A stretch of DNA of 64,000 bases, taken from contig JACVCJ010000019.1 in NCBI GenBank assembly GCA_016742095.1, positions 4,879 through 68,878 of the forward strand, in the 5' to 3' direction. The notes below the pieces were generated by a model. That model did no database searches, was not told where the DNA came from, and worked only from the letters and a program-made list of their open reading frames with translations. Source of the DNA: Bacteroidia bacterium (GTDB taxonomy: Bacteria > Bacteroidota > Bacteroidia > CAIKAF01). The position numbers and the translations under genes are program-made. The stretch's first letter is position 1. Each line of letters begins with the position of its first letter. Shown piece by piece: positions 37,620-46,947 of this stretch.

Positions 37620-38093
37620 TCAATATTTTATACCCGCTTTTTTGTACAGAAAATGCATGAGCCATGCCGGACCGATCAGCAGGAACTGCAGGTCCTTCAG
37701 GAAAGAGGGTTTCTTCCCTTCGATCTTATGCCCCCAGAACTGACCGATCCAGGCCAGCACAAAGGCGATGAGCGCCACCAGCCAGACCTTCCCGGGCCAT
37801 ATATGGGTATCTATTATATAGGAAAGGAAGAGGCAGCCTGTGGCATAGAGTAAAAGGCCGAAGGAAAGCGGTATACTGAGCGTAATGTAGTAGATGAGTG
37901 CGCCGATGAGGGCCAGTATGGCGGCATTCAGCGGTACTTCCGTCCCCGGGATGTTCCAGGGGAACTGTATACTCCACAACAGTCCGGTGACCGTCCAGAA
38001 AATGACGGGCACACAGATCCAGTGTACCAGTTTGTTGGTAGGGTTCTGGTGACTTTCGCCGTATTCATTCAGCAATTTGTCGATGGCGCGCAT
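37620..38093 (-). CDS. Mpo1-like / DUF962 membrane protein
   Basis: Y.ESHQNPTN..VHWICVP, WIGQFWGH.IEGKKPSF..DL..LLIGP. Confidence 0.88.
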   Translation of the reverse strand: MRAIDKLLNEYGESHQNPTNKLVHWICVPVIFWTVTGLLWSIQFPWNIPGTEVPLNAAILALIGALIYYITLSIPLSFGLLLYATGCLFLSYIIDTHIWPGKVWLVALIAFVLAWIGQFWGHKIEGKKPSFLKDLQFLLIGPAWLMHFLYKKAGIKY

Positions 38094-38195
38094 GATCAGA
38101 TTTTCTCCATGTTAAGTTTAGTCGAAATATACGGATTTTTTTTGCAAAAAAAGGTATGCATGCATATTTTTGTTTGCCCTATGAATCAAGTATAT

Positions 38196-40298
38196 ATGTT
38201 TCAGCGATTTCTTTTACTCCTGGCCCTGCCTTTAGGCTTCGGCGCGTCTTTTGCCCAGAAGAACACGACGGTCATTCCCGATTTTATCCGCAGGGATAGT
38301 ATACAGATCGTACGCGATCAGTGGGGCGTACCGCATATTTATGCGCCTACCGATGCCGAAGCGGCGTACGGACTGGCCTGGGCCAATGCCGAGGACGATT
38401 TTGTGACCATGCAGAGCATCCTGCTCATAGCCAAAGGCATGAACGGCCTGGCCAGCGGGGTGGACGGCGCTAAGATCGACTATGCCGTGGGACTGCTGGG
38501 TGTACAGAAAGAGATCGATAAACGATACAACGAGGTGGTGAGCCCGGCTTTCGACCGCTACCTGCAGGGGTTCTGCGCGGGGGTGAACCGTTATGCCGAG
38601 CTGCATCCCGAAGAAGTACAGGTAAAAAAAGCATTTCCCGTAGGACCCAAAGACATCCTGGCCGGTTACACACTGGGGCTGGCACTGATGAGCGACCTGC
38701 AGGAAGGACTGACCCAGATACTGGACAATAAACTGCCGCCGATCACGGAACAGAAGCCCGAAGGATCGAACGGTTTTGCCCTGGCCCCGCATAAGACCAC
38801 GGACGGCAAGGCTTACATCGCCATCAACTCACACCAGCCGCTGGATGGCGTGTTCTCCTGGTACGAAGCCCATATGGTAAGCGGCGAAGGCATGAATATC
38901 CTCGGCGGCGTGTTCCCGGGGGCCTGCGTGATCGGGCACGGGGTGAACGAAAACATCGCCTGGGCACATACACTGTCGTATCCCGATTCCTACGATATCT
39001 ACAAGCTGGACATGCACCCGCGTAAAAAGAACTGGTACCGCTACGACGGGGAATGGAAAAAATTACAGAAGAACAATATAAAACTGCGGGTGCGCTTCCC
39101 GAAGTCCGGCATACGTCTGGGTATCAGCAAAGCGGCCTTTCGCTCGGAACATGGCCCGGTAATGAAGACCAAGCACGGAGCCTATGCCATACGGATGCCC
39201 GCTTTTTTCAAACTGAATGCGGCCGAGCAGTGGTTCAGGATGAACAAGGCCCGCAGCCTGTCTGAGTTCCGTTCGGCACTGCAGATGCAGGGATTGCCCT
39301 GTTTCAATATTATTTATGCCGATAAGGGCGGAAACATCATGTACCTGAACAATGTACTGCTGCCGCACCGAAAACCGGGTTACGACTGGAAAAAAGTACT
39401 GCCCGGCAACAGTTCCGAGCTGGTATGGAAACCGGCCTTTATCCCGATCGACAGTCTGCCCGCCGTGGTGAACCCGGTAAGCGGTTACGTATACAATGCC
39501 AACAGCACGCCCTTCCGTTCCAGCGGGGAGCGCGATAACCCGGACCCTGCGGCCTTCCCGCGCGAAATGGGTTTACAGACCCAGCACTGGAACCGGGCCC
39601 GCCGCCTGGAAAAACTGTTCGGCGAAAAAGAACAGTTCAGTTACGAGGATTTCGTGAACATTAAATACGACCGTACGTATCCCGATACATTGTTCTTCTT
39701 TTCGACCATCGACTCCCTGTTTGCCCTGGACGAAAAACAATACCCCGATATTGCCGACGCCATCGGTATGCTGAAGCGCTGGGACAAAAAAGGGGATACC
39801 AGCAGCGTGGAAGCGTCCATGTTCTACCTGTCCTGGGTATATTTTAACAAACGCACGGGCAGCGTACATTTCAATGAGGAAAAGATCACCACGCACAGCT
39901 GTGCCTATTATGCCGAATGCCTGCGTGATGCAAAAAAACACTTACTTACCTATTTCGGTACAATAAATGTGCCCCTGGGCCGTTTACAAAGATTAAGAAG
40001 GGGAAATGTGGACCTGCCCCTGGGCGGAATGCCCGATATGCTGCGGGCCATGTACTCTTCGCCGCGTGCCGACGGAACACTGGCTCCCTGGGCAGGCGAC
40101 AGTTACATAATGCTGGTTAAATTCGGAGCGGACGGACCGGAAATAGAAACGGTGAACGCTTACGGAGCTTCGGCCCGGCCGGGAAGCGAGCATTATACAG
40201 ACCAGATGCAGCTGTTTGTGAACCAGCAATGCAAACCGATGACACTGGACTGGAAGAACGTTCTTAAAAATGCGGTAAAAGTGTACAATCCTGAATAA
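38196..40298 (+). CDS. Penicillin acylase family (S45) Ntn-hydrolase, secreted
   Basis: RDQWGVPHIYA, catalytic GSN, NSHQP, WYEAH, FNIIYAD, HYTDQ; signal peptide. Confidence 0.92.
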   Translation: MFQRFLLLLALPLGFGASFAQKNTTVIPDFIRRDSIQIVRDQWGVPHIYAPTDAEAAYGLAWANAEDDFVTMQSILLIAKGMNGLASGVDGAKIDYAVGLLGVQKEIDKRYNEVVSPAFDRYLQGFCAGVNRYAELHPEEVQVKKAFPVGPKDILAGYTLGLALMSDLQEGLTQILDNKLPPITEQKPEGSNGFALAPHKTTDGKAYIAINSHQPLDGVFSWYEAHMVSGEGMNILGGVFPGACVIGHGVNENIAWAHTLSYPDSYDIYKLDMHPRKKNWYRYDGEWKKLQKNNIKLRVRFPKSGIRLGISKAAFRSEHGPVMKTKHGAYAIRMPAFFKLNAAEQWFRMNKARSLSEFRSALQMQGLPCFNIIYADKGGNIMYLNNVLLPHRKPGYDWKKVLPGNSSELVWKPAFIPIDSLPAVVNPVSGYVYNANSTPFRSSGERDNPDPAAFPREMGLQTQHWNRARRLEKLFGEKEQFSYEDFVNIKYDRTYPDTLFFFSTIDSLFALDEKQYPDIADAIGMLKRWDKKGDTSSVEASMFYLSWVYFNKRTGSVHFNEEKITTHSCAYYAECLRDAKKHLLTYFGTINVPLGRLQRLRRGNVDLPLGGMPDMLRAMYSSPRADGTLAPWAGDSYIMLVKFGADGPEIETVNAYGASARPGSEHYTDQMQLFVNQQCKPMTLDWKNVLKNAVKVYNPE

Positions 40299-40390
40299 AA
40301 AACAGGTTCCGGAGGCGGAGAATAAAAAATTTAAGAAAAAATTAGCAAAAAAAATGCATCACCTTCGGATTTTTTAACTACTTTTACATC

Positions 40391-40524
40391 ATGATAGTCG
40401 GCAACGACTTTTAACCAAGGCAGAGAGAAACCCAAACAAAGAAGAAGGGCTGTCCTTCAGCCCTTTTTCCTGGTTGGGTCCACAAAATACTTTAAAGAGG
40501 CATCACTACGGTGCCTCTTTTTTT
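40391..40524 (+). ncRNA. Candidate structured small RNA (three hairpins)
   Basis: AGTCG-GCAA-CGACT GNRA hairpin, long hairpin 40430-40479, terminator 40494-40524; -7-like TACTTTTA at 40379. Confidence 0.45.
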
Positions 40525-40550
40525 GTGTCTAAAAGCCTGACAGCGCGCAC

Positions 40551-40580
40551 AAAAAACCGGTCTCCCTGCGGAAACCGGTT
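40551..40580 (-). terminator. Terminator of the E2 gene
   Basis: AAAAAACCGGT...ACCGGTT hairpin with an A run on the + strand. Confidence 0.7.
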
Positions 40581-40606
40581 GTGTATTTTCTCGTAAACGT
40601 ACTTGT

Positions 40607-41974
40607 TTAGAATGTTCTGTTCGGATCGAACTGCTCCAGGTAATCGGCCACACGGCGTACGAAGCTTCCGCCCAGGGCTCCGTCTACCACGCGGTGGTCG
40701 TAGGAGTGGGAGAGGAACATCATATGACGTACCGCGATCACGTCGCCGTATTCGGTCTCGATCACGGCCGGGCGCTTACGTACCGCACCCAGGGCCAGGA
40801 TGGCCACCTGCGGCTGGTTGATGATGGGCGTACCCATTACATTGCCGAAGGTACCCACGTTGGAAACGGTATAGGTACCGCCGGCGATATCGTCCGGGGT
40901 AAGTTTACCGGCACGGGCACGGGCAGCCATATCGTTTACGGCTTTGGTGAGGCCGGTCAGGTTCATGGTATCGGCATTTTTGATCACCGGAACGATCAGG
41001 TTGCCGCTGGGCAGGGCCGTGGCCATACCTACATTGATATTTTTACGCATAATGATGCGGTCGCCGTCCACCGAAGCGTTCACGCCCGGGAAGTCTTTAA
41101 TGGCACGCACCACGGCTTCCATAAAGATAGGGGTAAAGGTGAGTTTTTCACCGGTCATCTTCTGGAAGGCGTCTTTTACTTTGTCTCTCCACAGTACGAT
41201 ATTGGTAACATCGGCTTCCACGAAAGATGTTACGTGCGGCGATACACGTTTGCTCATCACCATGTGATCGGCGATCAGTTTGCGCATACGGTCCATTTCA
41301 ATGATATCGTCACCGGCATTTGCGGAAACGGGTGGACCCTGCACCGGTTTTTCCTGCACCACTTTGGCCTGTTGTGCTGCGGGCTGTGCCTGTGTGGCGG
41401 GTTGCTGCGCGGCCGCAGTCTGTGTCTGTGCCGGGGCTGTAGCCGGCTTACGGCCCTGTTTCAGGTAGGCCATGATATCGTCTTTGGTCACACGGCCATC
41501 TTTACCGCTGCCGGCAACGGCATCCAGTTCTTCCTGGGTAATGCCTTCCTCGCGGGCGATGCTTTTTACGAGCGGACTGTAAAAACGGTCGCCGGTAGAA
41601 GAAACGGACGTATGATTATCGGAAATAGTACGGATTTCGTTCTCGATCCCGGCAGCCTGGGCCGGAGCGGCTTCGGCAGGAGATGTTTCGGCAACGCTGG
41701 CCGAAAGGGTCACGGTTGTTCCGGGGTTATCGGCATCGGTCTCGATGATGGCAAATGCATCCCCGATCTGTACCACGGCGCCTTCTTCGTGCAGGCGTTT
41801 TACCAGTACCCCGCGGGCTGTAGACGGAACTTCGCTGTCTACCTTATCGGTAGCGATCTCTACGATGGTCTCATCCATATCCACCGTATCGCCTACATTT
41901 TTACTCCATTTGGTAATGGTAGCCTCCATTACGCTCTCGCCCAGTTTAGGCATTAATATCTCAACCTGTGCCAT
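40607..41974 (-). CDS. Dihydrolipoamide acyltransferase (E2) of a 2-oxoacid dehydrogenase complex
   Basis: Lipoyl domain ATDKVDSEVPS, E3-binding GSGKDGRVTKDD, catalytic DHRVVDG. Confidence 0.95.
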   Translation of the reverse strand: MAQVEILMPKLGESVMEATITKWSKNVGDTVDMDETIVEIATDKVDSEVPSTARGVLVKRLHEEGAVVQIGDAFAIIETDADNPGTTVTLSASVAETSPAEAAPAQAAGIENEIRTISDNHTSVSSTGDRFYSPLVKSIAREEGITQEELDAVAGSGKDGRVTKDDIMAYLKQGRKPATAPAQTQTAAAQQPATQAQPAAQQAKVVQEKPVQGPPVSANAGDDIIEMDRMRKLIADHMVMSKRVSPHVTSFVEADVTNIVLWRDKVKDAFQKMTGEKLTFTPIFMEAVVRAIKDFPGVNASVDGDRIIMRKNINVGMATALPSGNLIVPVIKNADTMNLTGLTKAVNDMAARARAGKLTPDDIAGGTYTVSNVGTFGNVMGTPIINQPQVAILALGAVRKRPAVIETEYGDVIAVRHMMFLSHSYDHRVVDGALGGSFVRRVADYLEQFDPNRTF

Positions 41975-42171
41975 ATTAATCAAAATTTGCGCTGCAAAAA
42001 TAATATTTCCCGCCGATATCGCCCGTCTAAAATGTATATTCCTGTAAGTGGGGCAGAATCCGCTTTTTACACAAAGGCCGCATTTCTTAACCTGGATTAA
42101 GTGGTTATACGCCGCGGTCGCCCTACCTTTGTCCTGTTCTTAAAATAAAAACCAAAAACAAATTGATAGTT

Positions 42172-42696
42172 ATGTCAACGTGGAACTTAGACAAATCGCA
42201 CAGCGAAATTAACTTTAAGGTAAAACACATGATGATCACCAATGTAACCGGAAGTTTTACCGATTTTGACGTGAACGCCGAAGCGGGATCCGACGATTTC
42301 AGCGGGGCAAAGATCAGCTTTACGGCCCGCACGGCTTCTGTGAATACGGCCAACGAACAACGCGACGCCCACCTGAAAAGTGCCGATTTTTTTGATGCAG
42401 AACAATTCCCCGAACTGAAATTCCAGAGCACGGCTTTCAACAAAAAAGGCGGCGATCTGTATACGCTCGAAGGCAACCTGACCATTAAGGACGTTACCCG
42501 CCCGGTGACGCTGAACGTAGAATTCGGCGGTATCAACACCGATCCCTGGGGCAATGTAAAAGCCGGTTTCAGCCTGGCTGGCGTGATCAACCGCAAAGAC
42601 TTCGGACTGAGCTGGAATGCCTCCCTGGAAACCGGTGGCGTACTGGTTGGCGAAGAGGTAAAACTGCTGGCCGAGATCCAGCTGGTTAAAGGATAA
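42172..42696 (+). CDS. YceI family protein (cytoplasmic)
   Basis: HSEINFKVKHMM, RDAHLKSADFFD, GNLTIK, DPWG, INRKDFG. Confidence 0.93.
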   Translation: MSTWNLDKSHSEINFKVKHMMITNVTGSFTDFDVNAEAGSDDFSGAKISFTARTASVNTANEQRDAHLKSADFFDAEQFPELKFQSTAFNKKGGDLYTLEGNLTIKDVTRPVTLNVEFGGINTDPWGNVKAGFSLAGVINRKDFGLSWNASLETGGVLVGEEVKLLAEIQLVKG

Positions 42697-42805
42697 GCTC
42701 TAATACGTCTACTTCACATAGACCGGGTCCGGGACTTTTGTTCCGGGCCTCTTCGTATTCTAATGTATTCATCCTGAAAGGGATTAATTTATATCTTTAT
42801 AGTGT

Positions 42806-43693
42806 ATGACGCGTAAGGATTTTCTGCAACTGGGTCTTGCCGGCGGCGGAGCGGCTGCGCTCGGAACGCTGGAAGTACTGGCCCGCACGCTGGACAACAG
42901 CGATACGGTGATGCCGGCTTACTTTATCGGGCACGGCTCGCCCATGAATGCCATTGAAGACAACCGGCATTCCGAAGAGTGGAAACACATTAAAACGGGA
43001 ACTGAGGCCCCGCGTATGATCCTCTGCGTATCAGCACACTGGCTTACCCGGGGCACCTATATCACCTCGAACGTAACGCCGCCTACCATACACGATTTCG
43101 GCGGATTTCCCCAGGCGCTTTTCGATGTGCAGTACCCGGCTCCGGGCAGTCCGGAACTGGCAAAGGAAGTAGCGTCTGAGATATACAGCGTACAGGCGCA
43201 GCTCACGGAGGACTGGGGCCTGGACCACGGTACCTGGTCGGTGCTGAAACACATCCGTCCGCAGGCAGATATACCCGTGCTGCAGCTCAGCATCGACTAT
43301 AAGGAACCGGCTTCGTTTCACTATGCCCTGGGCCGCGAACTGGCCAAACTGCGCCGCAAAGGCGTACTTATCATCGGCAGCGGCAATATGGTGCACAACC
43401 TGCGCATGGTGGCCTGGGACCACACGGCCGAGCAGGATTACGGGTACGACTGGGCCCTGCAGATGAACGAAACCTTCAATGAGAAACTGCTCAACCGCGA
43501 TTTCGACGCCCTGGTCAACTACCAGCAGTGGGGCGAAGCGGCCCGCAATGCCATTCCCACGCCCGACCATTATTATCCTATGTTGTACACGCTGGGCCTG
43601 GTGGAGAAGGACGATGAACTGGCGTTGTTCAACAATTCCGTGATCATGGGTTCGTTGTCGATGACCTCCTTCTCGCTGACACAAAAATTCTGA
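42806..43693 (+). CDS. ygiD: 4,5-DOPA-type extradiol dioxygenase (LigB family)
   Basis: FIGHGSPMNA, SAHW, TIHDFGGFP, GLDHGTW, GSGNMVHNL, PTPDHYYP. Confidence 0.92.
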   Translation: MTRKDFLQLGLAGGGAAALGTLEVLARTLDNSDTVMPAYFIGHGSPMNAIEDNRHSEEWKHIKTGTEAPRMILCVSAHWLTRGTYITSNVTPPTIHDFGGFPQALFDVQYPAPGSPELAKEVASEIYSVQAQLTEDWGLDHGTWSVLKHIRPQADIPVLQLSIDYKEPASFHYALGRELAKLRRKGVLIIGSGNMVHNLRMVAWDHTAEQDYGYDWALQMNETFNEKLLNRDFDALVNYQQWGEAARNAIPTPDHYYPMLYTLGLVEKDDELALFNNSVIMGSLSMTSFSLTQKF

Positions 43694-43771
43694 TACTGTA
43701 AATTTTTTAGAAAAATGGTGTTTCAGGCCCGGTAAAAAATCGTAAATTTGGGGTATTAAACCCTTGTTACG

Positions 43772-43996
43772 ATGAAGAAATACACCAAATTTCGCAGTAG
43801 TTTCCGGTTTCCCAGAACGTCTTTTTTAACCGGAGCCGGCAGCGCTTTCAATATTGCCGGTAATTATTATCGTTTTACTTTTCCGGAAAATGCCGCAGAG
43901 GCCGATGCAAAAGCGTTGGAAGCAGACTGGAATGCCATCGGGAATGATCTGCGCAGGGCAATGGCCAGTTTCGATGAAATAGTGCAACGAGACTAA
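43772..43996 (+). CDS. Small hypothetical protein (74 aa)
   Basis: TAAATTTG -7 element at 43743; SFLTGAGS.FN..G and D..AL..DW..IG.DL pattern; 8 nt upstream of the DUF2335 gene. Confidence 0.7.
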   Translation: MKKYTKFRSSFRFPRTSFLTGAGSAFNIAGNYYRFTFPENAAEADAKALEADWNAIGNDLRRAMASFDEIVQRD

Positions 43997-44004
43997 ACTC
44001 AGGC

Positions 44005-44511
44005 ATGAACGAAGATACCAGCCCCTTGTATTCTGATCCTGAAGAATCGGACAGATCTGCTATTCCCGAAACTTTCAGTGGCGAAATGCTGAAATCCTTT
44101 TCTTCAGAGCCGGCAGGGGAAAAAAAGACTGAAATGCTGCAGGCTTTTGTGCGCACATCCGTAAGAGAAGCCTTCCGGGGGCCTTTGCCTCCTCCGGAGC
44201 AACTGGAGAAATATAACAAAGCGGTAAAAGACGGTGGCGAGCGTATCGTAGTGATGGCTGAAAAACAGGTGTTTCACCGTATACAGCTGGAAGACCACAT
44301 GATAAAGGAAGAACTGAAACAAAGCCGGAACGGGCAGCTATTCGGATTTATTTTAGGATTAACGGGCCTTTGCCTGGCTACACTGCTGGCTATATATGGG
44401 CATGAAACCACCGCCGGAATTTTTGGTACGACCACGGTGATCGGACTGGTAACGGTTTTTGTGATCGGAAAACGTTCACAGCGGAATGATTCGCAGGATG
44501 TAAAAGAATAG
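44005..44511 (+). CDS. DUF2335 family membrane protein
   Basis: FRGPLPPPEQLEKY, ERIVVMAEKQ..HR, two C-terminal TM helices. Confidence 0.85.
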   Translation: MNEDTSPLYSDPEESDRSAIPETFSGEMLKSFSSEPAGEKKTEMLQAFVRTSVREAFRGPLPPPEQLEKYNKAVKDGGERIVVMAEKQVFHRIQLEDHMIKEELKQSRNGQLFGFILGLTGLCLATLLAIYGHETTAGIFGTTTVIGLVTVFVIGKRSQRNDSQDVKE

Positions 44512-44745
44512 TTCCTGAATGTATCGAAAAAAAAGAACAGGGATACTATCATTACCGGAGGTCTGCTTTCCGGAATGGTTAATGGCTGTCAGAGCCTGCC
44601 TGATACGGTACATTCCCTGTTTTTCCGTCCGGTAACAAAAAGCATCCGCTGCGTTTGCATGTATAATTTTTTGATATTCCTGAGAACATCTTAAATTTAC
44701 AGGAGCAGACCACTTTGTGGATGCATTTAAAACAAGCAATATCGG

Positions 44746-46029
44746 ATGTGGAACGTACCTGAAAAAGAAGAAAACGAAGACCTTCGGAAAGAATGGTTTG
44801 AAAAAGGCGAAAAATATGCCGTGGCAGTGAATGAAATGGTTGAATTCGGGGAAAAGAACGGCTGGGAAAACTGGCAGGGACAGGAACCGGAAGACAAAAG
44901 GGAACATCTGACCACGGAGATCCTGCAGCGGCTGAGGACCGCGAACCTGAACAATTCCGTAAGCGATTTCCGGGAACAGTTCCCGCCTGCACATGTACCT
45001 TTTATTCCGCTCCTGGAAAAAAAAGCACAAAGCATCGAGCAGCTACATTTTATAGATGCTGAAAAAATTGTATTTCTCACGGGTACTTCCTACCAGAAAA
45101 GAAAGGCCTACCTGCTCGAAAACGATACGATAACGGAGCTGGATGAAAAGATAGATGCCATCGGGAAATCGAAACAGGGTACTGTTTTTGCCATTGCGGC
45201 AGCCGGTAAAATATCCACTTTTGATGGCTGGGAAGGCACGTTGATCCATGAATTCACTTTAACGGAAATGGCCGGTATCGGAATTACCGACCTGGTACCG
45301 TTCAATGATGGCAAAAAGGTTCTCCTGGTTACTTCGGAAGGTATATATCTTGTCTCGGAAGACGGAGAAAAAAAGATACATCCCGTACCGGAGGCCAATG
45401 AAGGGGAGGACGAAGAGGATGGCGACAACGGGTCTGAACTTTCGATGGAAAACGCGGCCCTGTCCAACAACAATAGGTATATCGTAGTGGGCGACCAGGA
45501 CACAGACCACCGGATACTGGACCCCGACGGAAATACGGTAGGTACGGTTGGTCCGCAGTCTTCGTATCCGCATTTCTGCCTCTTTTCAAAAGATGACGAT
45601 CAGCTGATAACCAATTCCTGTCACTTTTATAATGGGATTACGATAGGGATAGATTCCGATAAATACATGGGAGCCGCCGTTGAAGCATATACCGAAAGTG
45701 AGGAATATACGCTTATAGACGAAGAAATGCGGGTATACGCCGGCCTGGCAAGCTCAGATTATTACATACTGGGCGATGCATACGGTTATATAAAGGCCGT
45801 GGATAAGCAGGGAAACAGGATGTGGAGACATTTTTTAGGTTCAACGATCAGCGGAATGACGATATCGGACGACGGGCAGACCCTGTGGGTCGGGTCCAGT
45901 TCGGGGATGCTGCATAAGCTGAAGCTGAGCCAGGGACACCGGGATACGCATACGATCGGGAACGGGCAGCATTACGAGGAATTCCGGCTGCTGATCTGGA
46001 AAGAAGAGCCACAGATATGGAAATGGTAA
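44746..46029 (+). CDS. Hypothetical acidic protein, helical N-terminus plus probable beta-propeller
   Basis: 427-aa ORF; WD-like blades (AALSNNNRYIVVG, TISDDGQTLWVGS); AT-richer codons. Confidence 0.75.
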   Translation: MWNVPEKEENEDLRKEWFEKGEKYAVAVNEMVEFGEKNGWENWQGQEPEDKREHLTTEILQRLRTANLNNSVSDFREQFPPAHVPFIPLLEKKAQSIEQLHFIDAEKIVFLTGTSYQKRKAYLLENDTITELDEKIDAIGKSKQGTVFAIAAAGKISTFDGWEGTLIHEFTLTEMAGIGITDLVPFNDGKKVLLVTSEGIYLVSEDGEKKIHPVPEANEGEDEEDGDNGSELSMENAALSNNNRYIVVGDQDTDHRILDPDGNTVGTVGPQSSYPHFCLFSKDDDQLITNSCHFYNGITIGIDSDKYMGAAVEAYTESEEYTLIDEEMRVYAGLASSDYYILGDAYGYIKAVDKQGNRMWRHFLGSTISGMTISDDGQTLWVGSSSGMLHKLKLSQGHRDTHTIGNGQHYEEFRLLIWKEEPQIWKW

Positions 46030-46134
46030 GCTGCCGCACGTGATAAACCCGGTGTTTTCTGCCTTGCCTGAGGAGATCGCAAGGCATTGGGATTTCCCGC
46101 AAAAATCTGTTTCCTTTGTGCAAAATTTACAGGC

Positions 46135-46947
46135 ATGAACTGGAAAGACAAAGTGGTGATCGTAACGGGAGCGAGTTCGGGTATAGGAAAGGCCTATGCC
46201 GAAGCATTTGCCGCCGCCGGGGCCGCCGTGGTCATGGCCGCGCGTAACGCGGAAGCCATGGAGGAGATCCGCAGAAACCTGGAACAGAAAGGTACCCGTA
46301 CCCTGGTGGTAAAAGCCGATGTAAGCCTGGAAGAAGACTGCCGTATTCTGATCGAAAAAACCCTGGAGGTCTTCGGCCGCATCGATATCCTGGTGAACAA
46401 CGCGGGCATTTCCATGCGTTCCCTGCTCGAAGAGACCGACCTTTCGGTGATCCGCCGCCTGATGGACGTGAATTTCTGGGGTATGGTGTACTGCACCAAA
46501 TACGCCCTGCCACACCTGCTGGCCAGCAGGGGGAGTGTGGTAAGTATTTCTTCGATAGCCGGTTACAAAGGTCTGCCGGCACGCAGCGGTTACAGCGCCT
46601 CCAAGTTCGCCATGCAGGGTTTTATGGAAAGTCTGCGCATCGAGAACCTGAAAAGGGGCCTGCACGTACTGATCGTATGTCCCGGCTTCACAGCCAGTAA
46701 TATACGCAATGTGGCCCTGAAAGGGGACGGCAGCGCCCAGGGAGAGACCCCGCGCGACGAAGCCCGCATGATGCAGCCCGAAGAAGTGGCCGCCTGTACG
46801 CTGCGCGCCATCGTTCGCAGAAAAAATACACTGATACTTACCGGTCAGGGCAAAATGACCGTTTTACTCAATAAATTTTTTCCTAAGTTTATGGATAAAA
46901 TGGTGTACAACACCATGGCCAAAGAACCCGATTCACCCTTTAAATAA
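46135..46947 (+). CDS. SDR family oxidoreductase
   Basis: TGASSGIG, NNAG, YSASK motifs. Confidence 0.93.
   Translation: MNWKDKVVIVTGASSGIGKAYAEAFAAAGAAVVMAARNAEAMEEIRRNLEQKGTRTLVVKADVSLEEDCRILIEKTLEVFGRIDILVNNAGISMRSLLEETDLSVIRRLMDVNFWGMVYCTKYALPHLLASRGSVVSISSIAGYKGLPARSGYSASKFAMQGFMESLRIENLKRGLHVLIVCPGFTASNIRNVALKGDGSAQGETPRDEARMMQPEEVAACTLRAIVRRKNTLILTGQGKMTVLLNKFFPKFMDKMVYNTMAKEPDSPFK

Noticed and set aside
46044-46071. TAAACC-N16-GCCTGA upstream of the SDR gene as a fourth ECF promoter
   Set aside because: The -10 element lacks the GTC core seen at the other three sites; too weak to call
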